Of a stretch of DNA of 64,000 nucleotides, positions 23,270 through 36,000 are shown one piece after another. Made by a program: the position numbers and the translations under genes. The notes beneath the pieces are model-generated. The model did not search any database and was not told the DNA's origin. It was given only the letters and a program-made list of their open reading frames with translations. This DNA comes from Antedon mediterranea. Lineage: Eukaryota; Animalia; Echinodermata. The DNA lies in assembly GCF_964355755.1 (NCBI RefSeq), contig NC_092670.1:8546201-8610200 (forward strand). The letters run 5' to 3'. How positions within the stretch are numbered: the first letter of the stretch is position 1; every line of letters begins with the position of its first letter.

Positions 23270-24200
23270 TAATTTAAATAATTGAATGTACTTGACATCT
23301 TGTTTTGTATTTTCTTCTCTTGCTATTCCTTTTTTTTTCGGTTTCCCCAGGTATTGGGACTCTTCTTGAGGTGGAGGCTTAACTGGCGGAACTGGCTTCT
23401 TGATGTTATTTTCCATCCATATTTCTGGTGTTTTAGATTCTCCCCAGGACCTTGAAACTGGCAAAAGTGGCTTCTTATTTTCCATCTTTATTTCTAGTGT
23501 TTTAGACCTTGAAAACGAAATAAGTGAAAACACACGCACACAAAATGTTGTTAATAAAGACTGCTTATACCTTGTGCAGCTAACTTTTGTTTGTACTTTC
23601 TCCCTCGGATGTTTGCCTCAGGTAGGCCTATTTGGGGTCTTCCCGAGTCTTGATGTGGAGGCTTAACTGGCGGAACTGGCTTCTTCTTGATGTTATTTTC
23701 TGGAGCTGTAGATTCTCTCAAAAGACCTTTAAAACGAAATTAGAGGTGTTTAGACATGTATATCAAAACACAAAAAAACATAATACCTTGTGCATTACTA
23801 AACACTAACTTTTGTTTGTAATTTCTCCGGATGTTTTCCCCAGGTATTGGGGTCTTCTTGAGTCTTGAGGTGGAGGCTTAACTGGCGGAACTGGTTTCTT
23901 GATGTTATTTTCCATCCATATTTCTGGTGTTTTAGATTCATCCGAAGACCTTGAAAACAAATAAGAGGTGTCGAAACACTTTGTCTTTTGTTCTCCTGCA
24001 ATCTCCCATTAATATGGTCGGTAGCAGCAATTGCCTATTTCGATTTGGATTTGTATGAATTTGGATTTCGGTTAAAGTTGTTAATGTGTTTTTCCAAATC
24101 GAAATAGTTGAACAACATCAGCATCAACATTTTTTTTTTGTGGCTTTGTGTCCTAAAATACAAAACACGTTAAGATGAAATTAATGTTATTGTTAATGAT
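23270..24200 (-). pseudogene. Inverted paralogous copy of the 21.2-21.8-kb PPVKPP exon-like units (3-4 units, with frame disruptions)
   Basis: ggaggcttaactggcggaactgg occurs at about 23373, 23656 and 23872. tcctaaaatacaaaaca at about 24150 mirrors tgttttgtattttagga at about 21265. Confidence 0.55.
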
Positions 24201-27200
24201 AATTGAAATCAAAATTAAATTAAAAGTTACTGTACTACTCAGAGACAAAATAATTTTTTTAATTTTTAATCTTTATGCTCTCCCACACACTTCCCAAGAA
24301 TTGGATTGTCAGAAGGAGTTTTGTTGATGGATGGGTACGCTAGAACAACACTGTAGCCTGCTCTTCTTGGCACTTCCCCTCAAACTTGGATGGGTTTTCT
24401 GTGTATTATAGAAATAGTGTTTAAGCCTTCCTCAACAGTATTACATATCAACAATTAGATCGTACCTTTCGTGAAACAAGACATCTTGTGCTATATCTAC
24501 TTTCAATTCGTCGGTGACCGGCACTGGTATGCTGCCATAATAATACTATGTGCTTTAAATTTGACAGCTTATCAATTCTCTGCTCATTAAAAATGGTTAT
24601 GCTCTAACCCAAACCTTTAGTTTGCTTGAGATTGGTGAAACTTGTTTGAATCAGTTTAAATCTATCTCAACAGGGCTGGAGCACATGATCTTATTTTCCC
24701 TCTTTAACTTTGACGTCTTGTCAACTCATCTACGGCCCATAGCCGGTCTGCAGCTAAACACATATGAATCGTATCTTATCTTTCTCATAAATAACATCTC
24801 TCACACTTTCCCGAAATTGGATAGTTCTGAGTAGGAATAGGGTTTGTAGTACTGCAGCTCAACACAACTTGTCTTTCAAATAATGCTATAAATGTGCTTT
24901 AAATTAAACAGAGCTTATCAATTCTGCTGCAGAGCTCAACCCATCGAATCCATTCTTCCCATAAAAAAACAAACATGTTATTCTATTCTAGGCACTTCCC
25001 AGATAGATGGATGGTTTGGGTGAGATAGTTGAAATCTTCCTCAATACAATACCTAATTAATCTTTTTCACAAAAGAAAAACCTCCTTAGCTATGAGTGTT
25101 TTTTTTTAATCTGTCTGATTTTATTTTTCTCATAAAAAGTATTCTGCTTTGACATCGTGTCAATTCGTCTGCAGCCCAAATTGCGACCTCTACACTTGTG
25201 TCTTGTTCATATACAATCTTGTACTTTCCTTCTTAGATCTTGCCTACTCGGCTGCGGAGCACGAGGCGGCTGTGGTCGGCTCTCTGTTTCTTGCCTATAC
25301 CACTTTTTGCTTCACTCTTTAACTCTTATTTCTAGACAGTAAATTCCATCAATTGCCTCTGCTCCAAAAACATGTTCTGTAATACCTTGCAGTAGACCTG
25401 TCACAATGTGACATCCTTTTCACTATTTTAATTTCAAAAAGGCGAACTCAATCAATACCTTTTTGCTCAAATAACTTGTCTATAACATCTTGCATTGCAT
25501 TAAGCCGTATATCTTTTCTATTATTTTATTTCAAAAAGGCAAACTCCATCAACTATTTTTGACATAAATTGATTCTTGGATTCGGCATTTAAATAAACTT
25601 GAATCTGAATTTAAACCACTGTATTGTTTAGTGCTCAGATGAAATTTTACATAAATTGATTCTGGGAATCGGCATTTAAATAAACTTGAATCTGAATTTA
25701 CAATTATTAAACGTGCAAATAATACAGTACTATATTTTCAAAATTACGGTGATAACTGATATAGAAGAATAAATATTTATATAATGTTACTCAATAGTAT
25801 TTATATCTGTTTTCATTTGTAAACAAATTATGAATATGACATTTTTTACTGTGCATTTTGCTAAAGATGTTTGACAAAGTATGTATATTTTAATAATAAT
25901 ATTTTATATTTTTTATAACTAGCATTTATGTCTTAAATTACTATGGTGTTTAACATGATAACGATGATGTATTATTACCATTTAATAAAACTATGCAATA
26001 CAATAATATTAAGTTTACTTCTTTGTTTTGTTTTTAATTTAAAAGTCATTTACTGTAGTATTAAACGTGCTTTTTATTTTAGTCCAACTTTATTCCCACG
26101 TCAACATTATTATTTATATATACACTATCAGACCTGCCAATAATGATGATAAATTGTCGCTAAGAAGTGGCGGCATACCAACACGTGATGATGAGAGAAG
26201 GGGAAACAGTTCAAAGTTTAGTGATGTCTCATTGATTTTTTTTTTTTTATTAATAATAGTATTTAATAATATAAATACCCCGAATTTAATTGAGAAGGTT
26301 TTATTATTTTAATTAGAAGTAGATAATATCAAATTATAAAACGTTTTGTGTTGCTTGTTTTTATTTTATTTTTGGGAGCATCAATTTTTGTGTTTTGTTT
26401 TTTCTTTTGTTTTTTTCTTTTTGCACTAAAATTGTGTAATTATAGACTATACTACCGTAATATGTATGTGCAACTCTTTTAAACATGAAACAATTTCGTT
26501 TAGGGCCTAGATTTTTTTTAAAAATCCTTTAGGATCTATCCATATAGGCCTAATAAAGATAAATTCAAACTGTAATAATTTCAAATAAAGTAGGCCTAAT
26601 CTGTTGTCTTTGCACCGATATTCATAAGTTATTCCACCTGAATGCAAATTAAGGTCAGTCAACTGTAATCAGTTTATACAGTACGATATTTTATGCATAC
26701 AAAAATATAGCGGTAAAGTACACACGTGGAGCTGTGAACTAAGATCATTTTATAGCAGCTCTTCATCGTAAAACTACAACGATACTAATAATTTTTATAG
26801 GTTACGTGTAATCACAAATATCGGGCGTAAACTTGTTTATTTTTAAACGGTTTCCATTTGAAAAACTTGGAATGGATGCGATGTCAAGGAACGTAAACAA
26901 CACTGACATCCTAACAAACAACACACTTAATGTTATAGTAAGCTGATATTTCGTTTCGATGTGTTGTTAAATCACAGCAGGCCTACACCTTAATAATTAA
27001 AACAAATTCAAACTCACACATTCACATTAAAATAATGTAGGGCATACTTTGTTGTCTATTTGAACTCATCTCCATGTTTTTAAAGCTTTGTTTTTGTTGG
27101 TATTCCTTTCAACAATATGTTACTTCCACTTGAATTAAATATAAGGTCAATTAACTGTCAGTTTGATGAACTGTGGATAGTGGTAAAAAGTACGGTACAA

Positions 27201-29452
27201 GCTACAACTACAACGTACATGTACTTACCATTTTAATTTATTAGGTATTTCAACACTTTTATGATTACTACAGTAATATTTCTTTCTTTGTGTTTAAAAT
27301 AAACTAAATGACATTCTTTACATTTTTGAATAGCGGATTTATGTTTATGTCAAGTTCAAAACATATAGGTGTATCCTCTCCAATATAACTTTACCCCAGG
27401 CCTAAAATAAATTCTCCCTATACCGAATATAAGTGTTTTGTTGAATGAACTTTCACCTGAAATTCAAAACATTGCAAATATATATTTGTTCATCATAAGA
27501 GAATTAAATATAATTAAGTTATTTGATAGGACCGTTTAATTTAGATCAATTATCGTAAATCAAACTTAACTACTTAGTTTTATTTGGTTTGTTAAATGAA
27601 GTTTATTTTTGTTAATCCTTCTTACTAATACAATTTTTCTGTACTTCTAATTTTTTCTCCAAGAAATAATGTTTAGTACGTACATATTTAGTTGGCAATA
27701 AGCTTTGATAGTTTAAAACTATACCGTTATCACTATTTTTGTCTCTTATTTTTGTTTGTTGACAATAAAGAGAAAAAGAATATATTATTATTATTTTATT
27801 ACAATTTATTTTAATATCTAATATTTTTAGATATTAAAATTAGGAATAAAATATAAACGATGTGACTACCGCTACCTTATTGTTTCGGTATAAGAAAGGT
27901 AATTATTTAAAAATACTATCTAAAACTTAGACTGACGAATCAAATAAATTATTTGCAAAGATCTTGCAAATTCACGTAAAATTCCTTCTTCAATAATTAA
28001 AAATTCATTGCCACATCTGTCGGAACGATTGTTATAGACTTCCCGGGAAGGATCGTTTTTCGGAAACTTTCGATCCGTGTGGTGGTCTAGAGCAATTCTT
28101 CAAATACCATTGGTCCAACAAGTGGGTACATTTTTGCCAAAATAAACGGTTTGATTGGCTGAAGAACTTTGTTTAAGATATGGTCATCGTTATTATTGAC
28201 GTTAAAGAGAGGAGCATAACCTTATGTATTTAAATGTTTGTTTTTAACTCTCTTTTAACATATCGAACTACGATTGTCACTAAGCCTGAGCTTGGAAGGA
28301 AGAACAACTTTCTTTATTGAGTATTATCATCATAAATAATTGTAAGTGTTACATATTGTTATTTATTTTAAAATTATTTAATTAGAGTACATGGAGGATA
28401 AGGATGGTCGAGTTTACATATATAAGGGCGGGTTAGCAGTGCAGTTCATCTATGCCAGTTACTCTATGCCTAATTAACATCTTTTAACAATCTTGCTAAA
28501 TATCAGTTATAAATGTAACAAACCTCTTCTCGATCTTCAGTATTGTATTTTAAATTAGGCTACGTAAAAAGTAGATCACCCCTCCATACTGAATAATAGC
28601 TTCGAAAATTCTGTTGTCCTTGCCAAACGAACCGAAACGGTAAATTTCGTTGTAGGATACCGTAGTATTAAGTTCTTCTGGTCAGTGGTAAAAAAAAAAC
28701 CTCCCTCTCTCTCTGACTTAAAAAAAGGACAATCTTTATATTTGACGTTTGAACCATTTTTAATAAACGTCTGCTGATTCAAGAATTATTCTAATACTGT
28801 ATTTATTTTTAATATTTTTTTTTTTCCTCATTTGGAGCCTTGACATTATAGATCTGGTATTTGTTTTGTATGATTGGATTGATTAATAAAAATAATTTTA
28901 ATGTCAATGTATAGTCGGTCAGTTTAACATATGAAACAAATGCGTATTATAAATTGGATAAGGGCAAAACTGTCTGTATGTACTGTTCATTGAAGTAAAT
29001 CGCATGGCGCCCTCAATAATCACCAAAAGTGTAAACTTTGGAAATTCTGTACTCTGTACTTCCGTAATAAAATTGCTAAATTAAAGATGTAGTCGCGAAT
29101 AAGCGCAGCAGGCGAAGGTCTAACGATGTGCCAATACAAAATATATAATATTGTGACTTGCTGAAAATAAAATAAAAATAAATAAATTTTATTGAATAAA
29201 AATACTTCAATGGCACCTCATACCCCATCAAAATGCTCGAAAGATGGCCGCGTTGTTGACGGTGACGACATTTACCACATCATCAGAGACATTTTCCTTT
29301 TCTTCATTTTTCATTCGACACAAGCGGCGGTCAAGGCGTTGACTCAACTGCATTAGATTTTCTTTCATTCTTACATACCCGTATATAATATTAATTATGA
29401 TATTCACTTTAAATTATTTTTAATACAGGTTATACAACCGTAGCCTGCTGAA

Positions 29453-30607
29453 ATGTTCACCACCACTTCGTTCCAACTTTATGGAAAGAGTTCTCTAATT
29501 ATATCTGATGACAGCGACCCTTCCTCAAGTTTCAGTGAAGATGACGTCATAGATGATATTTACATACCACCAGTTCTGTACTACACCTTCTTCTTGTTCA
29601 ATGTTCTTGTTATTGTTATTAGTAATTCATTGGTCATCGTAGCAGTTTTACGTTCAAAGGTTTTACGAAGATCTGTGACGAACATTCTGATAACTTCTCT
29701 GTGCGCATCAGACATTTTAGCCGGGATTTTCTATACGCCTGCACTGGCCTACATCAGTATCAATTCATTGGTGTCGCTAAACTTATACGTGTGCCGTGTA
29801 TTTGTCGGGTTCTTTCCGATGGTTGCTTATTCCGCCAGTTGGCTTTCAATCTTAGCTATCGCAATTGACAGATTCCGTGCCATCGTTCAGCCATTAAAAC
29901 CTCGGATTACGCATGCTCTCAGTTACTTGATGATCTTCCTTGTCTGGACTATCAGTGTCTTCTTTGGCGTCTTCAAGTCATCTCTTTTGTATGCCGTGTC
30001 ATACACCGTCCAAAAAGGAGACTTCTCTGTCACGTATCAGACTTGCGACATAACTCTTGAGAATCTTAAGATTTGGATTCTGACAGACATAGCGTTGTAT
30101 TTACTTTTGCTCATATCTGTTAGTCTGATTTACTGCATCATTGCACACGTGTTATGGTTCGGTGGTCGTTCGATACCATCCCTGCACCAAGCACGTCAGC
30201 AATCCAAAAAGCGCGCCATCAAAATGTTCGTCTGTGTCGTGTTTTTGTTTGCTGCTTCTTGGCTGCCATACTACGCATTAATCTTTTACACAGATTTCAT
30301 AAACGGTCAATTTTACGGCTGGGGATTGGCAAACTTTATCACGTGTCTAATAACAGTCATTAACAGTTGGATGGACCCTTTTATCTACGGGTATTACAAC
30401 GAGAACTTTCGAAGTGAAATTAAGAAGATTTTTAGGTCGATATTTCTTCGGAGGAGGAAACCTGTGGCCAATACAGCTGCTGACAACCGCGTTAGACCGT
30501 TGAGTCCGCATTTGCCATGCAGCAGACAAGACAGCAGAATAACAATGCCTGTACACGCCTGTGATAATCCTGCCATGAATAGAAGTACCATAATACCATC
30601 AGAATGA
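29453..30607 (+). CDS. Class A (rhodopsin-like) GPCR, neuropeptide-receptor-like, single coding exon, 384 aa
   Basis: Seven hydrophobic segments, SNSLVI (TM1), SLCASD (TM2), IAIDRF (DRY variant), WLPYY (TM6), DPFIYGYYNENFR (NPxxY variant plus helix 8), Cys at the top of TM3 and in ECL2. A splice acceptor (aatacag) near 29428 precedes the ATG. Confidence 0.93.
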   Translation: MFTTTSFQLYGKSSLIISDDSDPSSSFSEDDVIDDIYIPPVLYYTFFLFNVLVIVISNSLVIVAVLRSKVLRRSVTNILITSLCASDILAGIFYTPALAYISINSLVSLNLYVCRVFVGFFPMVAYSASWLSILAIAIDRFRAIVQPLKPRITHALSYLMIFLVWTISVFFGVFKSSLLYAVSYTVQKGDFSVTYQTCDITLENLKIWILTDIALYLLLLISVSLIYCIIAHVLWFGGRSIPSLHQARQQSKKRAIKMFVCVVFLFAASWLPYYALIFYTDFINGQFYGWGLANFITCLITVINSWMDPFIYGYYNENFRSEIKKIFRSIFLRRRKPVANTAADNRVRPLSPHLPCSRQDSRITMPVHACDNPAMNRSTIIPSE

Positions 30608-30975
30608 TCTTTTGAAATGTAATATAAAACACTTTATTCGATGGAACAGATTCTAATTCGAATTATCAGAAGCGTTTATGGTTCAGATGCTTACTTATGT
30701 ATAATACATTTTATTTTTAAATAATTTTAATATTGACATGACGTAAGAATAATTATGTATAAAATTAAATATTAGATAAAATTAAACATTACAAGTATTA
30801 AATCGTTAAGAATCAGATGTATTTCAGTGACGTCATAGCAGTTATTAAATATTTAATAATGGTATTTACTGTAACATATTTTATTTTGTTTTGTACAGCT
30901 TTTCCACACTCAATACTGACCATGCTGCGGAGTAAAAGCAGTTTTAAACGCTTAGTTGTGATACTATTATCTTTG

Positions 30976-31297
30976 AATTGAATTGAATTGAAATATATAT
31001 TTATACTGGGTAACCTCTTCAGTCAAAGACTGGTCTCCCCGGAGGGCCCAGTTGGTGATCAGTGGCTGTGATGTACTAATACACCGGGGTAACCCCCTAC
31101 TCGTCTCGAAAGATGTACTAGGTTCTTTAAAGTGCACACGAGCAAGTTGTGTACACTGGACCTACGGTTTATAGTCCTTATCCGAGAAGACTCGTTCTAC
31201 CACCAGAACCATGGAGTGAGTGAGCCTCGAACCCCTGCCGATGTTATGGCTACGTGATTACGGTTCCACTGTCTTAACCGCTCGGCCACTCACTCAC
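30976..31297 (-). mobile_element. tRNA-derived SINE with a Nin/Deu-type central domain
   Basis: The minus strand has A box TGGCCGAGCGG, B box GGTTCGAGGCT, a central ctcggataaggactataaaccgtaggtcc...gcactttaaagaacc...gagtagggggttaccccggtg, and a (TTCAA)n-type tail. Confidence 0.8.
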
Positions 31298-31987
31298 TCT
31301 TTCTGGATTTGATATAAAAATTCCACCTGTTAAAAGTTTTATTTTCACGTACGCCACCGTCTAACATATGTCATCATTTCTCTTTTAGCCATAACACACA
31401 ATCTGACAAGGTATAGTTTAAAAACATTTTGACCCTCAGGCCGGTCACTCAGAAAATGAAATTTAAAATATAAATATATACAAAAATACACTAAACACAA
31501 ACAACGTACAATACTACCGGGTATTTACAAATATATAAAAAATTGTTATTTAAATATATTAAATTTTGAATCATATAATCTCATTTATATTATGTTTAGC
31601 CTATATCAACCCAATGGCTCTCTTAACGGGATGTAATTGTTATTAAACGTTACTAATAACTACAGCTATGGTAAAACTCAGTTCTTTGAGCATTAGACTC
31701 CAGGAGGTCCAGTCAAATAATTGTATAGTGTGTTCCGAAGATATGGAAAACACATATCACAATAAACGGAATATTGAATCTTGAGTATGCCTATAATCAC
31801 ACCACCTATTAAATCAAAGGCGGAATCTTATATTTGTGGACATTATAATTATGAACACTATGATGCTTTAATTTTTTTCAAAATTGCAGGAGACATTGCT
31901 GGAAAACTCATTTTTTCGACCACTAACATGCCCAGCGCCTTTGATTTTGTACCTCGGTCTTTGAATTGACGCTTTATAAATTTTGAT

Positions 31988-32018
31988 ATAATAATAATAA
32001 TAATAACAATAATAACAC

Positions 32019-32061
<43 letters not shown>
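31988..32061. repeat. (AAT)n microsatellite
   Basis: Visible aataataat run. Confidence 0.95.
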
Positions 32062-32062
<1 letters not shown>

Positions 32063-32864
32063 TATCAATTGGCCCTACAAACAAAGCAGCAAGTTAAATA
32101 TATGTGTACCCTTGTTTGTAAAAACCTTGGTAGGCCTAAAATGTTTTGCTATTGGTTGTAAATAAAACAAAAGTAAATAAAATGAATTAAACATAAATTA
32201 ACAAGAAAGCCTAATTAGGATAATAAATAAATTATGAAATACATAAATGATTAATTAATAAGTTATATAATAAATTCGATCGTAGGGCCTACTTGTTTTG
32301 CTGTTGGTTATAAAACAACATTAAAGCCTATTTGATAAATTCATTATATACATTTCTGTCAGCAATTATTATACTTAAATTATGTGTAAATGCCTCGAAA
32401 AGTAAATATTATTTTATTAATATAATATATATATTTCCCCACAATGGTTGAGAGGGGGTGGAAAAACAATTAAAGCATTATATAATACGAAATTAAGCGC
32501 GCCTTCTCCGGTCCTATTTGTGTTTATCACTAACAGTTAATAATAATTATAATCCTTTGGATATTAATAATATATAAATAATTAAGAAATGTAGCCTAAA
32601 AACAGTAAATACAGTGTAACTTGAATTTAAAAAGTCATTAGGCCTACTGTACTGATATTAAAGCTGGCCTCTTTTTTTTATCGATCAAGGCCTACGCAAA
32701 GCTCGTTATCAATGTATGGATCGAAAAAAGAGTCAATTATTATTTTGGTTACTCAATATATGAAGTATAATAGAATATAAAATAGTAAATCAAAACTAAA
32801 CAGCTTCGGAAACTACTAGGCTATTTGCTTTTATACCGTATTTTTGTGTGTGGAATCACTTTAA

Positions 32865-33005
32865 TTACGTCATCAAGTAACTTCCTCTTTTTCGTTGCTA
32901 AGCACCCAAACTTTGAAAACAATAGATTGTAAACATTGACTCTTCCCATCGTCCTTTCTGCGCCGCGAGTCAAAAAACCATTTTTGTAAATGTTTGCACG
33001 ACGTG
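32865..33005 (+). promoter_or_regulatory. Candidate ciliary-gene promoter of the DCDC2-like gene (RFX X-box-like, forkhead-like and CRE-like sites)
   Basis: GTTGCTAAGCACC at 32894-32906 (X-box consensus GTTGCYNRGCAAC), TGTAAACA near 32928 and TTACGTCA near 32865, all within about 200 bp of the ATG. Confidence 0.5.
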
Positions 33006-33070
33006 AGAGCTAAGAAAGACAACCATGTATTGAGTTCTAAACAAGTTTATCATACTTTTTGAATAGCGTT

Positions 33071-36000
33071 ATGGCTACAACAAAAGCAATGCCAATACAG
33101 CCGGCAATAAATATTCGTGTTTTTAAAAATGGAGACGACTTTTATACAGGAAAACGATTTGTTATTAATACGAGAACAACGAAAGATTTTGACTCCTTCC
33201 TAAATGAGGTGACATCGGGTCTACGAGCTAGTTTCGGGGCTGTTAGAAAACTTCATACGCCTGTAAATGGACATAAAATTCAAGATTTATCTTCGCTAGA
33301 AAACAATAATATTTATGTTGCTGCAGGCTCCGAAAAATTTAAAAAGAAGTCGTAAGTTTGTTTCACTTATTCTAGTTAGGCTTAGGCTAGTCATTTAGTT
33401 TGTAAAATTTCCCTTTTTATATGATGTGTGTGCAATCAAATAAGCTAGCCTAGCAGCACTAAAGGCCTACCTAGAGAGGCCGCCTAATGCCTACTGTACC
33501 CTCTAATTAGCAGGCTAGGCCTAGCTATCTTTAGCCTAGGATTCTCTCTGTATATTTGGTCTCTACTCAGCCCTACTAGGCCTAGTAGTACTACTCTACT
33601 AAAGCCAGTGTAGGTAGGCCTAACTACTGAAAGTTTCCATATAGCCTAGGCTAGGCCTATTGCTTGAAATAAATTTAAAAACACAATTACTTTATTAAAT
33701 TATAGGCCTAGCCCAGGCCTACCTAGCCATCCATAAATATTCATAAGACAGTAGTCAGTGACAAGTATTAACAAAATTGTATAATTATTATAATTTATTC
33801 TTGTAAGCATATATATAGCCTAGGCCTAGCTAGTAGGCTAATAATACATTATATTACAGAAATTTTATAGGAATATAATTTTCTTTTACTCCTCTGACAC
33901 TGTAGGAATACAATGTTATGTACAGTATGATGTGCGCCTTGAATATGAATACCATGACGCACCTTTGCGTCAAAAAAGTGACTTAAGGTGACCCATTTTG
34001 ATGCATTGTGACCATGTTGTTCATAATATAGTGGGTGGTAAAGTGACGCCCATTGATGCACCATTGTTTAAATTGTTTTTTTTATGCACCCCTGCGTTAA
34101 TCATTATTTTAAATGACACACCTCTCCCGGAGGTTCGTATAGTGGGTCATAAATGACAAGTGCATCATTCATCATTCCTTCTATTTTTATTACAGCTATA
34201 ATGAGCATCTGAGTCCACGACGACTGGCAGCTGGCACGGTGAAGGCCTTTACATTTGCTGGGGTAAGTACAGTAGGACATTTGCATTAAAAAGGCAGACC
34301 TGACAGACAGGAGGAAAAATTCCCAATATTTACCACTTTTGAACTTGGATTTGTTAGATGTACAGATCAAACTATTACCAAGCATGTCAATTCCTGAATA
34401 TGATACACGGTCCTATCAGAGAGATGGGGGTCTTTTTTTCCCGAATACTGTAGGCTACAGTACAGTGTAACACTATAACGTGTATAATGTCTGTCACCTT
34501 GTTTGTAGGGGCGTGTGGCACAGTGTGTTGAACTTTGGATCACTGATCGTGGTTCGAATCCAACTCACGCCGCATTGCTTGTGACCCTTAGGCAAGAAAC
34601 TTTACATTTGCCTCTCTCCTTCAGGTGTATACATGGCATACTGGTTAGATCAAGACACAACCTTGCGCTAATACTAGCTACATTAATATGAAAGGATGTT
34701 TCCATACATGTTTGATAAAAAAAAATGTCCGGGGTAATAATGTGCAGCGCATTGAGAGCTTGCTTAAATGCGCTATATAAGAATGAACTATTATTATTAA
34801 TTACAGAATATGCTCATAATGTTTTGAATGATATTACAGGGTTTAAGACAAAATAGCGATTAAGTGTTATGCAAAACATTTTTTTATCAATAATCAATAA
34901 GATTCTATATTCAACCTAAAAATAAATAATTTTATTGCTGCGACTATTAATACAATGCATTCCCTGAAAGTACAGTAATGAGATGTGTACAGTGCGTAGT
35001 ATGCAGTTGTCGTATTGTTGTTGAAGTACAAGGAATGATAATCAGTCGTTGTGTAGCAGTAGTCTCCATTAATTAAGGTTCTGTCCACTAATTTTATTCA
35101 AACATAAAAATTCTTGAGGTCAGTGAATTTAATGATGTATCAAATTTACATTTTGAACTCCATGTGACTTTGAACCTTGAAAGAAGATCACACAAATACA
35201 TGAGGTTTGCAGAATAGTCTATTTCAGTTCACATACAGTTATTCTAGATTTTTTTTTGTTATAATTTATAATTATATTCTAAGGTACAACTACAATATTT
35301 TTGAATTCAAGGTTATTTGGCATGCATTAATTCATGAAAAATGTGTGAAAGCCTTTTTTATGGAGATAAACCATACAGTAGAAAGGGTAAAAAAAACCCA
35401 CTGTTTGTACTATAGAAATTTGGGTCTCTTTTTTTAAGGGCCGAAACTGTCATAAATTAGCAGTAAACAGTACCTGTATGTTTATCAGTAAGTTAAATTG
35501 TATCACAGGCCTTGTCTTTTGAAAATGATAGGTGTGCTACAAATTGCATTCCTCAATAAATTCAGGGGTGCTGTGTAGGTGTGCTGTTTGTATTTTGGTG
35601 TGTAGAATAGAAGTTTACCAAATTTAAGCGTGTTATAAATCGCACTTCTCAAGGGCATTTTAGGAGTGTTTTAGGTGAGTGATCGCACTCGCTTGCCTTA
35701 AAAGACAAGACCTGTTGTGTTGTGAATTGGTACAAATTATAACTTTTAGGTAACTGTAGGGCTACAGCCCCAAAGCCATCTGATAATAACATTATAATGT
35801 AGAACATAGAATTGCATGTTTACCATTCTATTATTCAACCTGTAATTTGATTGATTGTATTTCCGATGACTAAAGATATATGACGCCAGAGGCATGTTCT
35901 ACAGAACATTTTGATGAAATAATAATTATTTAATTCAATTCAGATAATTTAATGAAACACAATAATTTCAGTATTGACGAGATTATCTATCTTTTTAGTT

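Noticed and set aside
30154-30591. Small overlapping ORFs within the GPCR
   Set aside because: These are short alternative or antisense frames expected by chance in a GC-richer exon.
31208-31297. tRNA gene (likewise 34508-34575)
   Set aside because: The A/B boxes continue directly into SINE bodies and tails, and no clean cloverleaf is evident.
33059-33070. TTG start for DCDC2 given by the ORF track
   Set aside because: This is a eukaryotic gene, and the in-frame ATG at 33071 (gttATGG) is the plausible start.
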